64,000 bases of DNA, taken from NCBI RefSeq assembly GCF_009914755.1, contig NC_060926.1. The stretch is one strand, 5' to 3'. The position numbers and the translations under genes are program-made. The notes under the pieces were generated by a model that did no database searches, was not told the origin of the DNA, and saw only the letters and a program-made list of their open reading frames with translations. This stretch comes from the human T2T-CHM13v2.0 reference genome, Homo sapiens. Numbering within the stretch: position 1 is the stretch's first letter; every line of letters starts with the position of its first letter. This document shows, piece after piece, positions 27,721 through 42,800 of this stretch.

Positions 27721-30700
27721 CATCGTCAAATGGAATCGAATGGAATCATCATCAAAGGGAATCGAATGGAATCCTCATCGAATGGAATCGAACGGAATCA
27801 TCATCGAATGGAATCACCAAATTGAATCGAATGGAATGATCCTCAAAGACAATCGAAGGGAAACATGCAATGGGATTGAACGGAGTCATCGAATGGAATC
27901 GATAGGAATCATCGAATGGATTCAAATGGAATCATCATCGAATGGAAACGAACGGAATCATCGAATGGACACGAATGGAATCATCATCAAATAGGATTGA
28001 ATGGAATCATCAAATGGCATCGAATGGAATCACCACTGAATGGAATCGAATGGAATCATCGAATGGCATCGAATGGAATCATCATCGAATAAAATCAAAT
28101 GGAATAATCGAATGTACTCGAATGGAATCATCAAATGGATTTGAGAGGAATCATCATCGAATGGAATTGAACAGAATCATCAAATGGACTCGAATGGAAT
28201 CCTCATTGAATGGAATCGAATGGAATCATTGAATGGAGTCAAATGGAATCATCAGCAAATGGAATCGAATGGAATCATTGAATATCAACGAACGGAATCA
28301 TCATCGAATAGAGTCGAATGGAATCATCAAACGAACTCGAATGCAATCATCATAGAATGGAATCGAATGGAATCTTTGAATGGACCTAAATGGAATCATC
28401 ATCGAATGCAAACGAATGGAATCATCATCAAATGGAATCACATGGAATCATCAAATGGAAAAGAATTGAATAATCATAGAAAGGAAATGAATAGAATCAT
28501 CGAATGAAAACGAATGGAATCATCATCGAATGGAATCGAATGGAATCATCATCGAATGCAATTGAATGGAATCATCATCGAAGGAATCGAATGGAATCAC
28601 CAACGAATGGAATTCAAAGGAATCATCATCGAATGGAACCAAATAGAATCATCAAATGGACTCGAAAGGAATCATCGAATGGACTCGAATGGAGTTGTCA
28701 TCGAATGGAATCAAATGGAATCATCGAACAGAATTGAATCGAATCATCATTGAATGAAATCAAATGGAATCATCGAATGGACTCGAATGGAAGCAATATC
28801 AAATGGAATCGAAAGGAATCATGGAATGCATTCAAAGGGAATAATCAAATGGACTCAAATGGAATCAACATCAAGTGGAATCGAAAGGAATCATCGAATG
28901 GACCCGAATGGAATCATCCTCGAATGGAATCGAATGGAATCATCGAATGGACTTGAATGGAATCACTATCCAATGGAACCGAATGGAATCATCATGGAAT
29001 GGAACCGGAAGGAGTCATCATCAAATGGAATCCAATGAAATCATTGAATGGACTCGAATGCAATCATCATCAACTGGAATTGAATGGAATCATCGAACGG
29101 ACTCCAGTGGAATCATCAGAGAATGGAATCGAATGGAATTATCAAACGGACTCGAATGGAATAAACTTTGAATGGAATCGAAGGGAATCATCAAATGGAA
29201 TCGAATGCAATCATCGAACGGAATCGAATGCCATCACCGAATGGAATCCAAAGGAATCACCATTGAATGGACTCGAATGGAATCATCATTGAATGGAATC
29301 GAATGGAGTCATGGAATGGACTCGAATGGAATCATCATCGATTGGAATCAAATGGAATCATCGAATGGAATCGAAAGGAATCATCATCAACTGTAATGAA
29401 TGGAATCACTGAATGGAATCCAATGGAATCGTCATCAAAAATAATCGAATAGAATAATCAAATGGAATCAATTGCAATCAACATCAAATGGAATCGAATG
29501 GAATCCTAGAATGACATCGAATGGAATCCTCATCGAATGGAATCAAAGGGAATCAATATCGAATGGAATCGAAAGCAATCACTGAATGGACTTGAGTACA
29601 ATCATCAAATGGATTTGAAGGGAATCCTCATTGAATGGAATAGAACAAAAACATTGAATGGACACGAATGGAATCATCATCGAATGGAATCAAATGGAGT
29701 CATCATGTGGACTCGAATGGAATCATCATCAAATGGGATCATCATCAAATGGAATCGAATGGAGTCATCGAATGGACACGAATGAATGAACAAATGGACT
29801 CGAATGGAAACATCAAATAGAATCGAATGGAATCATCGAAAGGAATTGAATGGAATGATTGAATGGACTCGAATGGAATCATCTAATGGACACGAATGGA
29901 ATAATCATAAAATGGAATCGAATGGAATCATCAAATGGACTCGAATGAATGGAATCATTGAATGGACTCGAATGGAATCATCGAATGGACTCAAATGGAA
30001 TCATCATCAAATGGAATCGAATGGAATCATCGAATGGATTCGAATGGAATCATCAAATGGAATCAAACCGAATCGTCATCGAATGGAATCGAATGGAATC
30101 ATCGAATGGAATTGAAGGCAATCATCATCGAATGGAATCGAATGGAATCATCATCAAATGGAATCAAGCGGAAGGAATCATCAAATGGAATCAAATGGAA
30201 TCATTGTTGAATGGAATGCAAAGGAATCATTGAATGGAATTGAATGGGATCACCAATGAACGGAATCAAATGGAATCATCTTCTAATGGAATCGGAAGGA
30301 ATCATCAAATACACTCGAATGGAATCATCATCGAATGGAATCGTGTGGAATTGTCGAATGAACTGGAAATGAATCATAATCAAATGCAATTAAAATGAAT
30401 CATCATCGAAAGGAATCACATGGAATCATCATCGAATGGAATCATACGGAAACATCACAGAATGGAATTGAATGGAATCATCAGTTGGACTCGAATGGAA
30501 TCATCAAATGTACTCGAAGGGACGCGTCAAATGGACTCGAACGGAATCATCATCGAATGGAATCGAATGGGATCATCGAAAGGACTCGAATCAAATCTTC
30601 AAAAGGACTCAAAGGGAATCATTGTAGAATGGAAATGAATAGAGTCATCAGACAGCCTCGAATGGAAACATCATTGAATGGAATTGATTGGAAACATCGA

Positions 30701-31849
30701 ATTCACTCGAATGGAATCATCATCTGATGGAATTGAATGGAATCATCGAATGGACACAAATGGAATCATCATCAAATGGAATCCATTGGAACGATCGAAT
30801 GGAATCGCATGGAATTATCAAATGGAATCGAATGGAATCATCTTTGAATGGAATCAAATGGAATCATCGAATGGAATCGAATGCAATCATCATTGAATGG
30901 AATCGAATGGAATCATCGAATGGTATCCAAAGGAATCACCATTGAATGCCCTCGCATGGAATCATCATCATATAGAGTAGAAAGGAATCATTGAATGGAC
31001 TCGAATGGAACCATCATTGAATGGAATCACCAAATGGAATCAAATGGAATCATCATCAAATGAAATCAAACGGAATCATCAAATGGAATCGAAAGGAATC
31101 ATCATTGAATGGATTCGAATAGAATCTTTCAATGAAATTGAATGGAATCAGCATGAAATGGAATTTAAACGAATCATAGAATGGTATCGAATGGAATCAT
31201 CATCGAATGGAATGGTATGGAATGGAATGGAATGGAATGGAATGGAATGGAATCAGCATCGAATGGAACCAAAAGCAATCATTCAATGGACTCTAATAGA
31301 ATCAGCGAATAGACTTGAATGTAATCATCATCAAATGGAGAAGAATGGAATCATCCAATGGACACGAATGGAATCATCCTCGAATGGAATCGAATGGAAT
31401 CATATAATGGACACGAATGGAATCATCATTGAATGGAATAGAATGGAATCGTCATCGAATGGAATCGTATGGAATCATCTAATGAACCCGAATGGAATCA
31501 TCGTCGAAATGAATAGAATGCAATCATCATCAAATGGAATCGAATGGAATCATCATCAAATAGAATCGAATGGAATCATCAAATGGAATCGAATGGAGTC
31601 ATTTTCTAATGCAATCGAATGAAATCATAGAATGGAATCCCATGGAATTAACATCGAATGGAATCGATTGGAATCATTATCAAATAGAATTGAATGGAAT
31701 CACTGAATGGAATCATCATCAAATGGACTCCAACGGAATCATCGAATTGACTCTAATGGAATCATCACTGGAATAGAATGGAATAATCAAATGGAAACGA
31801 ATGGAATCATCATCGAATGGAATCGAATGGTATCATCAAATGCACTTGA
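27721..31849 (+). repeat. Higher-order unit U6, ~4.1 kb, lacking its 5' ~2.3-2.5 kb
   Basis: At 27701-27730 CAAATGGAAACGAATGGAAT (U1-equivalent 12-31) is joined to CATCGTCAAATGG (U1-equivalent 2595). Anchors 27942, 28754, 29537 and 30395 follow. Confidence 0.85.
31206..31254 (+). repeat. Short near-pure (GGAAT)n microsatellite tract, one of the longest copies of a once-per-unit tract
   Basis: GAATGGAATGGTATGGAATGGAATGGAATGGAATGGAATGGAATGGAATC. Homologous tracts lie near 6038, 10530, 16933, 20738, 27128, 39221, 47215, 53526 and 62868. Confidence 0.85.
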
Positions 31850-34800
31850 ATGGAATCATCAATGAATGCAATCGAATGGTATAATCGAATGGAATCAAAT
31901 GGAATCATCTTCGAGTGGAACCTAAAGGAATCGCCAAATGGACTCCAATGGAATAATCATCGTATGGAATCGAGTGGAATCATCGAATGTACTCGAATGG
32001 AATCATCGAATGTACTCGAATGGAATCATCGAATGGAATCGAATGGAATCATGGTCGAACGGAAAAGAATGGAATCATCAAGTGGACACGAATGGAATCA
32101 ACATCTAATGGAATGGAATGGAATCATCAAATGGAATGGAATGGAATCATCATCGAATGGAATAAAATGGAATCATCAAATGGAATCAAATGGAATCATC
32201 AATGAATGGAATCGAATGGTATCATGGAATGGAATTCAATGGAATCGTCCTTGAGTGGAATCTAAAGGAATCACCGAATGGACTCCAATCATCAGATGGA
32301 ATCGAGTGGAATCATCGAATGTAGTCGAATGCAATCATCATCGAATGGAATTGAATGGAATCAACGAATGGAATACAAAGGAATCATAGAATGGACTCGA
32401 ATGGAATCATCATTGAATGGAATGAAATGGAATCATCATGGAATGGAATTGAATGGAATCATCGAATGGACTCGAAAGGAATTATACTCGAATGGAATCT
32501 AATGGAATCATCAAATGGACTCAAATGGAATCATCATCGAATGAAATTGTATGGAATCAGTGAATACAACTGAATGGAATCATTGAATGGACTTGAAAGG
32601 AATTATTATGGAATGGAATGGAAACATTGAATGGACTTGAAAGGGATCATCATCAAGTGGAATCGAATGGAATCGTTGAATGGACTCGAATTGAATCTTT
32701 GAATGGAATCGAATGGAATCATCATTGAATGGAGTCAAATGGAATCATCATCCAATGGGATTGAATGGAATCTTCATTGAATGGACTCGAATGGAATCAT
32801 CATCAAATGGAATCTAATCGAATCATCAATGAAGGGAATCGAATGGAATCATCATCGAATGGAATCGAATGGAATCATCAACAAGTGGAAACGAATGAAA
32901 TCATCGAATGGAATCCAATGGTGTCATCGAATGGACACGAAAGGAATCATCGAATGGAATCAAATGGAATCACCATCGAATGGAATCAAATGGAATCACC
33001 ATCGAATGGAATGTTATGAAATCATCTCATGGACTCGAAGGGAATCATCATCGAATGGAATCGAATGGAATCATTGAATGAAATGGAAAGGAATCACCAT
33101 CGAATGGAATGTTATGGAATCTTCTAATGGACTCGAAGGGAATAATCATCGAATGGAATCGAATGGAATCATTGAATGCAATTGAATGGAATCATCATCA
33201 AATGGAATCGAATGGAATCATCGAATGGAATCTGAATGGAATCATCAATGAATGGAATCAAATGGAATCATCTAATGGACGTGAATGGAATCATCATCGA
33301 AAGCAATGAAATGTAATTCAATCGAATGGACATGAATGGAATCATCATTGAATGGAATCAAATGGAATCCTCATCGAATGGAATCGAATGGAATCATCAA
33401 ATGGAATAGAATGGAGTCATCATCGAATGTAATCGAACGTAAACATCGAATGGCATTGAATGGAATCATCGAGTGGAAAAGAATGGAATCATCATCGAAT
33501 GGAAATGAATAGAATCACAGAATGAAATCGAATGGGATCATCATCGAATGGAGTCTAATGGAATAATCATCGAATGGAATAGAATGGAATCATCGAGTGG
33601 ACACGAATGGAATCATCATTGAATGGAATCGAATAGAATCATCAAATGGACTTGAATGGAAACAACATCGAATGGAATCGAATTTAGTCATTGAATGGCA
33701 TTGAGTGGAATCATAATTGAATGGAATCTAAGGAAATCATCGAACGGACTCGAGTGGAATCATCGAATGGACTCGAGGGGAATCATCATTGAATGGAATC
33801 GACTGTAATCATCGATTGGACTCGAATGGAATCATCATTGAATGGAATCGAATGGAATCAACGAATGGACTCGAATAGAATCATCATCGAATGGAATCGA
33901 ATGGAATCAAAGAATGGACTCTAATGGAGTCATCATCAAATGGAATCTAATGGAATCATCTAATGGACCTGAAAGGAATCATCATTGAATGGAATCGAAT
34001 GGAATCATCGAATGGACTCGAATGGAATCATCATCGAATGGAATCTAATGGAATCATTGAATGGACTCGAATGGAATCATCGAATGGGCTTGAGTGGAAT
34101 CATCATCAAATGGAATCGAATGGAATCATCAAATGGACTCGAATGGAATCATCGTCAAATGGAATCGAATGGAATCATCATCAAAGGGAATCGAATGGAA
34201 TCCTCATCGAATGGAATCGAACGGAATCATCATCGAATGGAATCACCAAATTGAATCGAATGGAATGATGGTCAAAGACAATCGAAGGGAAACATCGAAT
34301 GGGATTGAACGGAGTCATCGAATGGAATCGATAGGAATCATCGAATGGATTCAAATGGAATCATCATCGAATGGAAACGAACGGAATCATCGAATGGACA
34401 CGAATGGAATCATCATCAAATAGGATTGAATGGAATCATCAAATGGCATCGAATGGAATCACCACTGAATGGAATCGAATGGAATCATCGAATGGCATCG
34501 AATGGAATCATCATCGAATAAAATCAAATGGAATAATCGAATGTACTCGAATGGAATCATCAAATGGATTTGAGAGGAATCATCATCGAATGGAATTGAA
34601 CAGAATCATCAAATGCATCAAATGGACTCGAATGGAAAGCTCATTGAATGGAATCGAATGGAATCATTGAATGGAGTCAAATGGAATCATCAGCAAATGG
34701 AATCGAATGGAATCATTGAATATCAACGAATGGAATCATCATCGAACGGAGTCGAATGGAATCATCAAACGAACTCGAATGCAATCATCATAGAATGGAA

Positions 34801-37800
34801 TCGAATGGAATCTTTGAATGGACCTAAATGGAATCATCATCGAATGCAAACGAATGGAATCATCATCAAATGGAATCACATGGAATCATCAAACGGAAAG
34901 GAATTGAATAATCATAGAAAGGAATTGAATAGAATCATCGAATGAAAACGAATGGAATCATCATCGAATGGAATCGAATGGAATCATCATCGAATGCAAT
35001 TGAATGGAATCATCATCGAATGAATCGAATGGAATCACCAACGAATGGAATTCAAAGGAATCATCATCGAATGGAACCAAATAGAATCATCAAATGGACT
35101 CGAAAGGAATCATCGAATGGACTCGAATGGAGTTGTCATCGAATGGAATCAAATGGAATCATCGAACAGAATTGAATCAAGTCATCATTGAATGAAATCA
35201 AATGGAATCATCGAATGGACTCGAATGGAAGCAATATCAAACGGAATCGAAAGGAATCATGGAATGCATTCAAAGGGAATAATCAAATGGACTCAAATGG
35301 AATCAACATCAAGTGGAATCGAAAGGAATCATGGAATGGACCCGAATGGAATCATCATCGAATGGAATCGAATGGAATCATCGAATGGACTTGAATGGAA
35401 TCACTATCCAATGGAACCGAATGGAATCATCATGGAATGGAACCGGAAGGAGTCATCATCAAATGGAATCCAATGAAATCATTGAATGGACTCGAATGGA
35501 ATCATCATCAACTGGAATTGAATGGAATCATCGAACGGACTCCAGTGGAATCATCAGAGAATGGAATCGAATGGAATTATCAAACGGACTCGAATGGAAT
35601 AAACTTTGAATGGAATCGAAGGGAATCATCAAATGGAATCGAATGCAATCATCGAACGGAATCGAATACCATCACCGAATGGAATCCAAAGGAATCACCA
35701 TTGAATTGACTCGAATGGAATCATCATTGAATGGAATCGAATGGAGTCATCGAATGGACTCGAATGGAATCATCATCGATTGGAATCAAATGGAATCATC
35801 GAAGGGAATCGAAAGGAATCATCATCAACTGTAATGAACTGGAATCACTGAATGGAATCGAATGGAATCGTCATCAAAAATAATCGAATAGAATAATCAA
35901 ATGGAATCAAATGCAATCAACATCAAATGGAATCGAATGGAATCCTAGAATGACATCGAATGGAATCCTCATCGAATGGAATCAAAGGGAATCAATATCG
36001 AATGGAATCAAAAGCAATCACTGAATGGACTTGAATACAATCATCAAATGGATTTGAAGGGAATCCTCATTGAATGGAATAGAACAAGAACATTGAATGG
36101 ACACGAATGGAATCATCATCGAATGGAATCAAATGGAGTCATCAAATGGACTCGAATGGAATCATCATCAAATGGGATCATCATCAAATGGAATCGAATG
36201 GAGTCATCGAATGGACACGAATGAATGAACAAATGGACTCGAATGGAAACATCACATAGAATCGAATGGAATCATCGAAAGGAATTGAATGGAATGATTG
36301 AATGGACTCGAATGGAATCATCTAATGGACACGAATGGAATAATCATAAAATGGAATCGAATGGAATCATCAAATGGACTCAAATGAATGGAATCATTGA
36401 ATGGACTCGAATGGAATCATCGAATGGACTCAAATGGAATCATCATCAAATGGAATCGAATGGAATCATCGAATGGATTCGAATGGAATCATCAAATGGA
36501 ATCAAACCGAATCGTCATCAAATGGAATCGAATGGAATCATCGAATGGAATTGAAGGCAATCATCACCGAATGAAATCGAATGGAATCATCATCAAATGG
36601 AATCAAGCGGAAGGAATCATCAAATGGAATCAAATGGAATCATTGTTGAATGGAATGCAAAGGAATCATTGAATGGAATTGAATGGAATTGAATGGACTC
36701 GAATGGATTTGTCATCGAATGGAATCAAATTGAATCATCGAATGGAATTGAATCGAATCATCATTGAATGAAATCAAATGGAATCATCGAATGGACTCGA
36801 ATGGAAGCAATATCAAATGGAATCGAAAGGAATCATGGAATGCATTCAAAGGGAATAATCAAATGGACTCAAATGGAATCAACATCAAGTGGAATCGAAA
36901 GGAATCATCGAATGGACCGGAATGGAATCATCATCGAATGGAATCGAATGGAATCATCGAATGGACTTGAAGGGAATCACTATCCAATGGAACCGAATGG
37001 AATCATCATGGAATGGAACCGAAAGGAGTCAGCATCAAATGGAATCCAATGAAATCATTGAATGGACTCGAATGGAATCATCATCAACTGGAATTGAATG
37101 GAATCATCGAACGGACTCCAGTGGAATCATCGGAGAATGGAATCGAATGGAATTATCAAACGGACTCGAATGGAATAAACTTTGAATGGAATCGAGGGGA
37201 ATCATCAAATGGAATCGAATGCAATCATCGAACGGAATCGAATGGCATCACCGAATGGAATCCAATGGAATCACCATTGAATGGACTCGAATGGAATCAT
37301 CATTGAATGGAATCGAATGGAATCATCGAATGGAATCGAATGGAATCATCATCGATTGGAATCAAATGGAATCACCGAATGGAATCGAAAGGAATCATCA
37401 TCAACTGTAATGAACTGCAATCACTGAATGGAATCGAATGGAATCGTCATCAAAATTAATCGAATAGAATAATCAAATGGAATCAAATGCAATCAACATC
37501 AAATGGAATCGAATGGAATCCTAGAATGACATCGAATGGAATCCTCATCGAATGGAATCAAAGGGAATCAATATCGAATGGAATCGAAAGCAATCACTGA
37601 ATGGACTTGAATACAATCATCAAATGGATTTGAAGGGAATCCTCCTTGAATGGAATAGAACAAAAACATTGAATGGACACGAATGGAATCATCATCGAAT
37701 GGAATCAAATGGAGTCATCAAATGGACTCGAATGGAATCATCATCAAATGGGATCATCATCAAATGGAATCGAATGGAGTCATCGAATGGACACGAATGA

Positions 37801-39843
37801 ATGAACAAATGGACTCGAATGGAAACATCAAATGGAATCGAATGGAATCATCCAAAGGAATTGAATGGAATTGTTGAATGGAATCGAATGGAATCATCTA
37901 ATGGACACGAATGGAATAATCATAAAATGGAATCGAATGGAATCATCAAATGGAATCGAATGAATGCAATCATTGAATGGACTCGAATGGAATCATCGAA
38001 TGGACTGAAATGGAATCATCATCAAATGGAATCGAATGGAATCATCGAATGGACTCGAATGGAATCATCACATGGAATCAAACCGAATCGTCATCGAATG
38101 GAATCGAATGGAATCATCGAATGGAATTGAAGGCAATCATCATCGAATGGAATCGAATGGAATCATCATCAAATGGAATCAAGCGGAAGGAATCATCAAA
38201 TGGAATCAAATGGAATCATTGTTGAATGGAATGGAATGGAATCATTGAATGGAATTGAATGGGATCACCAATGAACGGAATCAAATGGAATCACCTTCTA
38301 ATGGAATCGAAAGGAATCATCAAATACACTCGAAAGGAATCATCATCGAATAGAATCGTGTGGAATCGTCGAATGAACTGGAAATGAATCATAATCAAAT
38401 GCAATTAAAATGAATCATCATCGAAAGGAATCACATGGAATCATCATCGAATGGAATCATACGGAAACATCACAGAATGGAATTGAATGGAATCATCAGT
38501 TGGACTCGAATGGAATCATCAAATGTACTCGAAGAGACGCGTCAAATGGACTCGAACGGAATCATCATCGAATGGAATCGAATGGGATCATCGAAGGGAC
38601 TCGAATCAAATCTTCAAAAGCACTGAAAGGGAATCATTGTAGAATGGAAATGAATAGAGTCATCAGACAGCCTCGAATGGAAACATCATTGAATGGAATT
38701 GATTGGAAACATCGAATTCACTCGAATGGAATCATCATCTGATGGAATTCAATGGAATCATCGAATGGACACAAATGGAATCATCATCAAATGGAATCCA
38801 TTGGAACGATCGAATGGAATCGCATGGAATTATCAAATGGAATCGAATGGAATCCTCTTTGAATGGAACTAAATGGAATCATCGAATGGAATCGAATGCA
38901 ATCATCATTGAATGGAATCGAATGGAATCATCGAATGGTATCCAAAGGAATCACCATTGAATGCCCTCGCAGGGAATCATCATCATAAAGAGTAGAAAGG
39001 AATCATTGAATGGACTCGAATGGAACCATCATGGAATGGAATCACCAAATGGAAACAAATGGAATCATCATCAAATGAAATCAAACGGAATCATCAAATG
39101 GAATCGAATGGAATCATCATTGAATGGATTCGAATAGAATCTTTCAATGAAATTCAATGGAATCAGCATGAAATGGAATCCAAAGGAATCATAGAATGGT
39201 ATCGAATGGAATCATCATCGAGTGGAATGGAATGGAACGGAATCAGCATCGAATGGAATCAAAAGCAATCATTCAATGGACTCTAATAGAATCAGCGAAT
39301 AGACTTGAATGTAATCATCATCGAATGGAGAAGAATGGAATCATCCAATGGACACGAATGGAATCATCCTCGAATGGAATCGAATGGAATCATATAATGG
39401 ACCCGAATGGAATCATCATTGAATGGAATAGAATGGAATCGTCATCGAATGGAATCGTATGGAATCATCTAATGAACCCGAATGGAATCATCGTCGAAAT
39501 GAATAGAATGCAATCATCATCAAATGGAATCGAATGGAATCATCATCAAATAGAATCGAATGGAATCATCAAATGGAATCGAATGGAGTCGCTGTCTAAT
39601 GCAATCGAATGAAATCATAGAATGGAATCCCATGGAATCAACATCGAATGGAATCTATTGGAATCATTATCAAATAGAATTGAATGGAATCACTGAATGG
39701 AATCATCATCAAATGGACTCCAACGGAATCATCGAATTGACTCTAATGGAATCATCACTGAATGGAATAGAATGGAATAATCAAATGGAAACGAATGGAA
39801 TCATCATCGAATGGAATCGAATGGTATCATCAAATGCACTTGA
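31850..39843 (+). repeat. Higher-order unit U7, 7,994 bp, with an internal 1,576 bp repeat
   Basis: Anchors 31850 to 39844. Internal anchors occur twice at spacing 1,576 (35192/36768, 35976/37552, 36225/37801). Confidence 0.9.
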
Positions 39844-42800
39844 ATGGAATCATCAATGAATGGAATCGTATGGTATAATCGAATGGAATCAAATGGAATC
39901 ATCTTCGAGTGGAACCTAAAGGAATCGCCAAATGGACTCCAATGGAATAATCATCATATGGAATCGAGTGGAATCATCGAATGTACTCGAATGGAATCAT
40001 CGAATGTACTCGAATGGAATCATCGAATGGAATCGAATGGAATCATGGTCGAACGGAAAAGAATGGAATCATCAAGTGGACACGAATGGAATCAACATCT
40101 AATGGAATGGAATGGAATCATCAAATGGAATGGAATGGAATCATCATCGAATGGAATAAAATGGAATCATCAAATGGAATCAAATGGAATCATCAATGAA
40201 TGGAATCGAATGGTATCATGGAATGGAATTGAATGGAATCGTCTTTGAGTGGAATCTAAGGGAATCACCGAATGGACTCCAATCATCAGATGGAATCGAG
40301 TGGAATCATCGAATGTAGTCGAATGCAATCATCATCGAATGGAATTGAATGGAATCAACGAATGGAATACAAAGGAATCATAGAATGGACTCGAATGGAA
40401 TCATCATTGAATGGAATGAAATGGAATCATCATGGAATGGAATTGAATGGAATCATCGAATGGACTCGAAAGGAATTATACTCGAATGGAATCTAATGGA
40501 ATCATCAAATGGACTCAAATGGAATCATCATCGAATGAAATTGTATGGAATCATTGAATACAACTGAATGGAATCATTGAATGGACTTGAAAGGAATTAT
40601 TATGGAATGGAATGGAAACATTGAATGGACTTGAAAGGGATCATCATCAAGTGGAATCGAATGGAATCGTTGAATGGACTCGAATTGAATCTTTGAATGG
40701 AATCGAATGGAATCATCATTGAATGGAGTCAAATGGAATCATCATCCAATTGGATTGAATGGAATCTTCATTGAATGGACTCGAATGGAATCATCATCAA
40801 ATGGAATCTAATCGAATCATCAATGAAGGGAATCGAATGGAATCATCATCGAATGGAATCGAATGGAATCATCAACAAGTGGAAACGAATGAAATCATCG
40901 AATGGAATCCAATGGTGTCATCGAATGGACACGAAAGGAATCATCGAATGGAATCAAATGGAATCACCATCGAATGGAATCAAATGGAATCACCATCGAA
41001 TGGAATGTTATGAAATCATCTCATGGACTCGAAGGGAATCATCATCGAATGGAATCGAATGGAATCATTGAATGAAATGGAAAGGAATCACCATCGAATG
41101 GAATGTTATGGAATCTTCTAATGGACTCGAAGGGAATCATCATCGAATGGAATCGAATGGAATCATTGAATGCAATTGAATGGAATCATCATCAAATGGA
41201 ATCGAATGGAATCATCGAATGGAATCTGAATGGAATCATCAATGAATGGAATCAAATGGAATCATCTAATGGACGTGAATGGAATCATCATCGAAAGCAA
41301 TGAAATGTAATTCAATCGAATGGACATGAATGGAATCATCATTGAATGGAATCAAATGGAATCCTCATCGAATGGAATCGAATGGAATCATCAAATGGAA
41401 TAGAATGGAGTCATCGTCGAATGTAATCGAACGTAAACATCGAATGGCATTGAATGGAATCATCGAGTGGAAAAGAATGGAATCATCATCGAATGGAAAT
41501 GAATAGAATCACAGAATGAAATCGAATGGGATCATCATCGAATGGAGTCTAATGGAATAATCATCGAATGGAATAGAATGGAATCATCGAGTGGACACGA
41601 ATGGAATCATCATTGAATGGAATCGAATAGAATCATCAAATGGACTTGAATGGAAACAACATCGAATGGAATCGAATTTAGTCATTGAATGGCATTGAGT
41701 GGAATCATAATTGAATGGAATCTAAGGAAATCATCGAACGGACTCGAGTGGAATCATCGAATGGACTCGAGGGAAATCATCATTGAATGGAATCGACTGT
41801 AATCATCGATTGGACTCGAATGGAATCATCATTGAATGGAATCGAATGGAATCAACGAATGGACTCGAATAGAATCATCATCGAATGGAATCGAATGGAA
41901 TCAAAGAATGGACTCTAATGGAGTCATCATCAAATGGAATCTAATGGAATCATCTAATGGACCTGAAAGGAATCATCATTGAATGGAATCGAATGGAATC
42001 ATCGAATGGACTCGAATGGAATCATCATCGAATGGAATCTAATGGAATCATTGAATGGACTCGAATGGAATCATCGAATGGGCTTGAGTGGAATCATCAT
42101 CAAATGGAATCGAATGGAATCATCAAATGGACTCGAATGGAATCATCGTCAAATGGAATCGAATGGAATCATCATCAAAGGGAATCGAATGGAATCCTCA
42201 TCGAATGGAATCGAACGGAATCATCATCGAATGGAATCACCAAATTGAATCGAATGGAATGATGGTCAAAGACAATCGAAGGGAAACATCGAATGGGATT
42301 GAACGGAGTCATCGAATGGAATCGATAGGAATCATCGAATGGATTCAAATGGAATCATCATCGAATGGAAACGAACGGAATCATCGAATGGACACGAATG
42401 GAATCATCATCAAATAGGATTGAATGGAATCATCAAATGGCATCGAATGGAATCACCACTGAATGGAATCGAATGGAATCATCGAATGGCATCGAATGGA
42501 ATCATCATCGAATAAAATCAAATGGAATAATCGAATATACTCGAATGGAATCATCAAATGGATTTGAGAGGAATCATCATCGAATGGAATTGAACAGAAT
42601 CATCAAATGCATCAAATGGACTCGAATGGAAAGCTCATTGAATGGAATCGAATGGAATCATTGAATGGAGTCAAATGGAATCATCAGCAAATGGAATCGA
42701 ATGGAATCATTGAATATCAACGAATGGAATCATCATCGAATGGAGTCGAATGGAATCATCAAACGAACTCGAATGCAATCATCATAGAATGGAATCGAAT

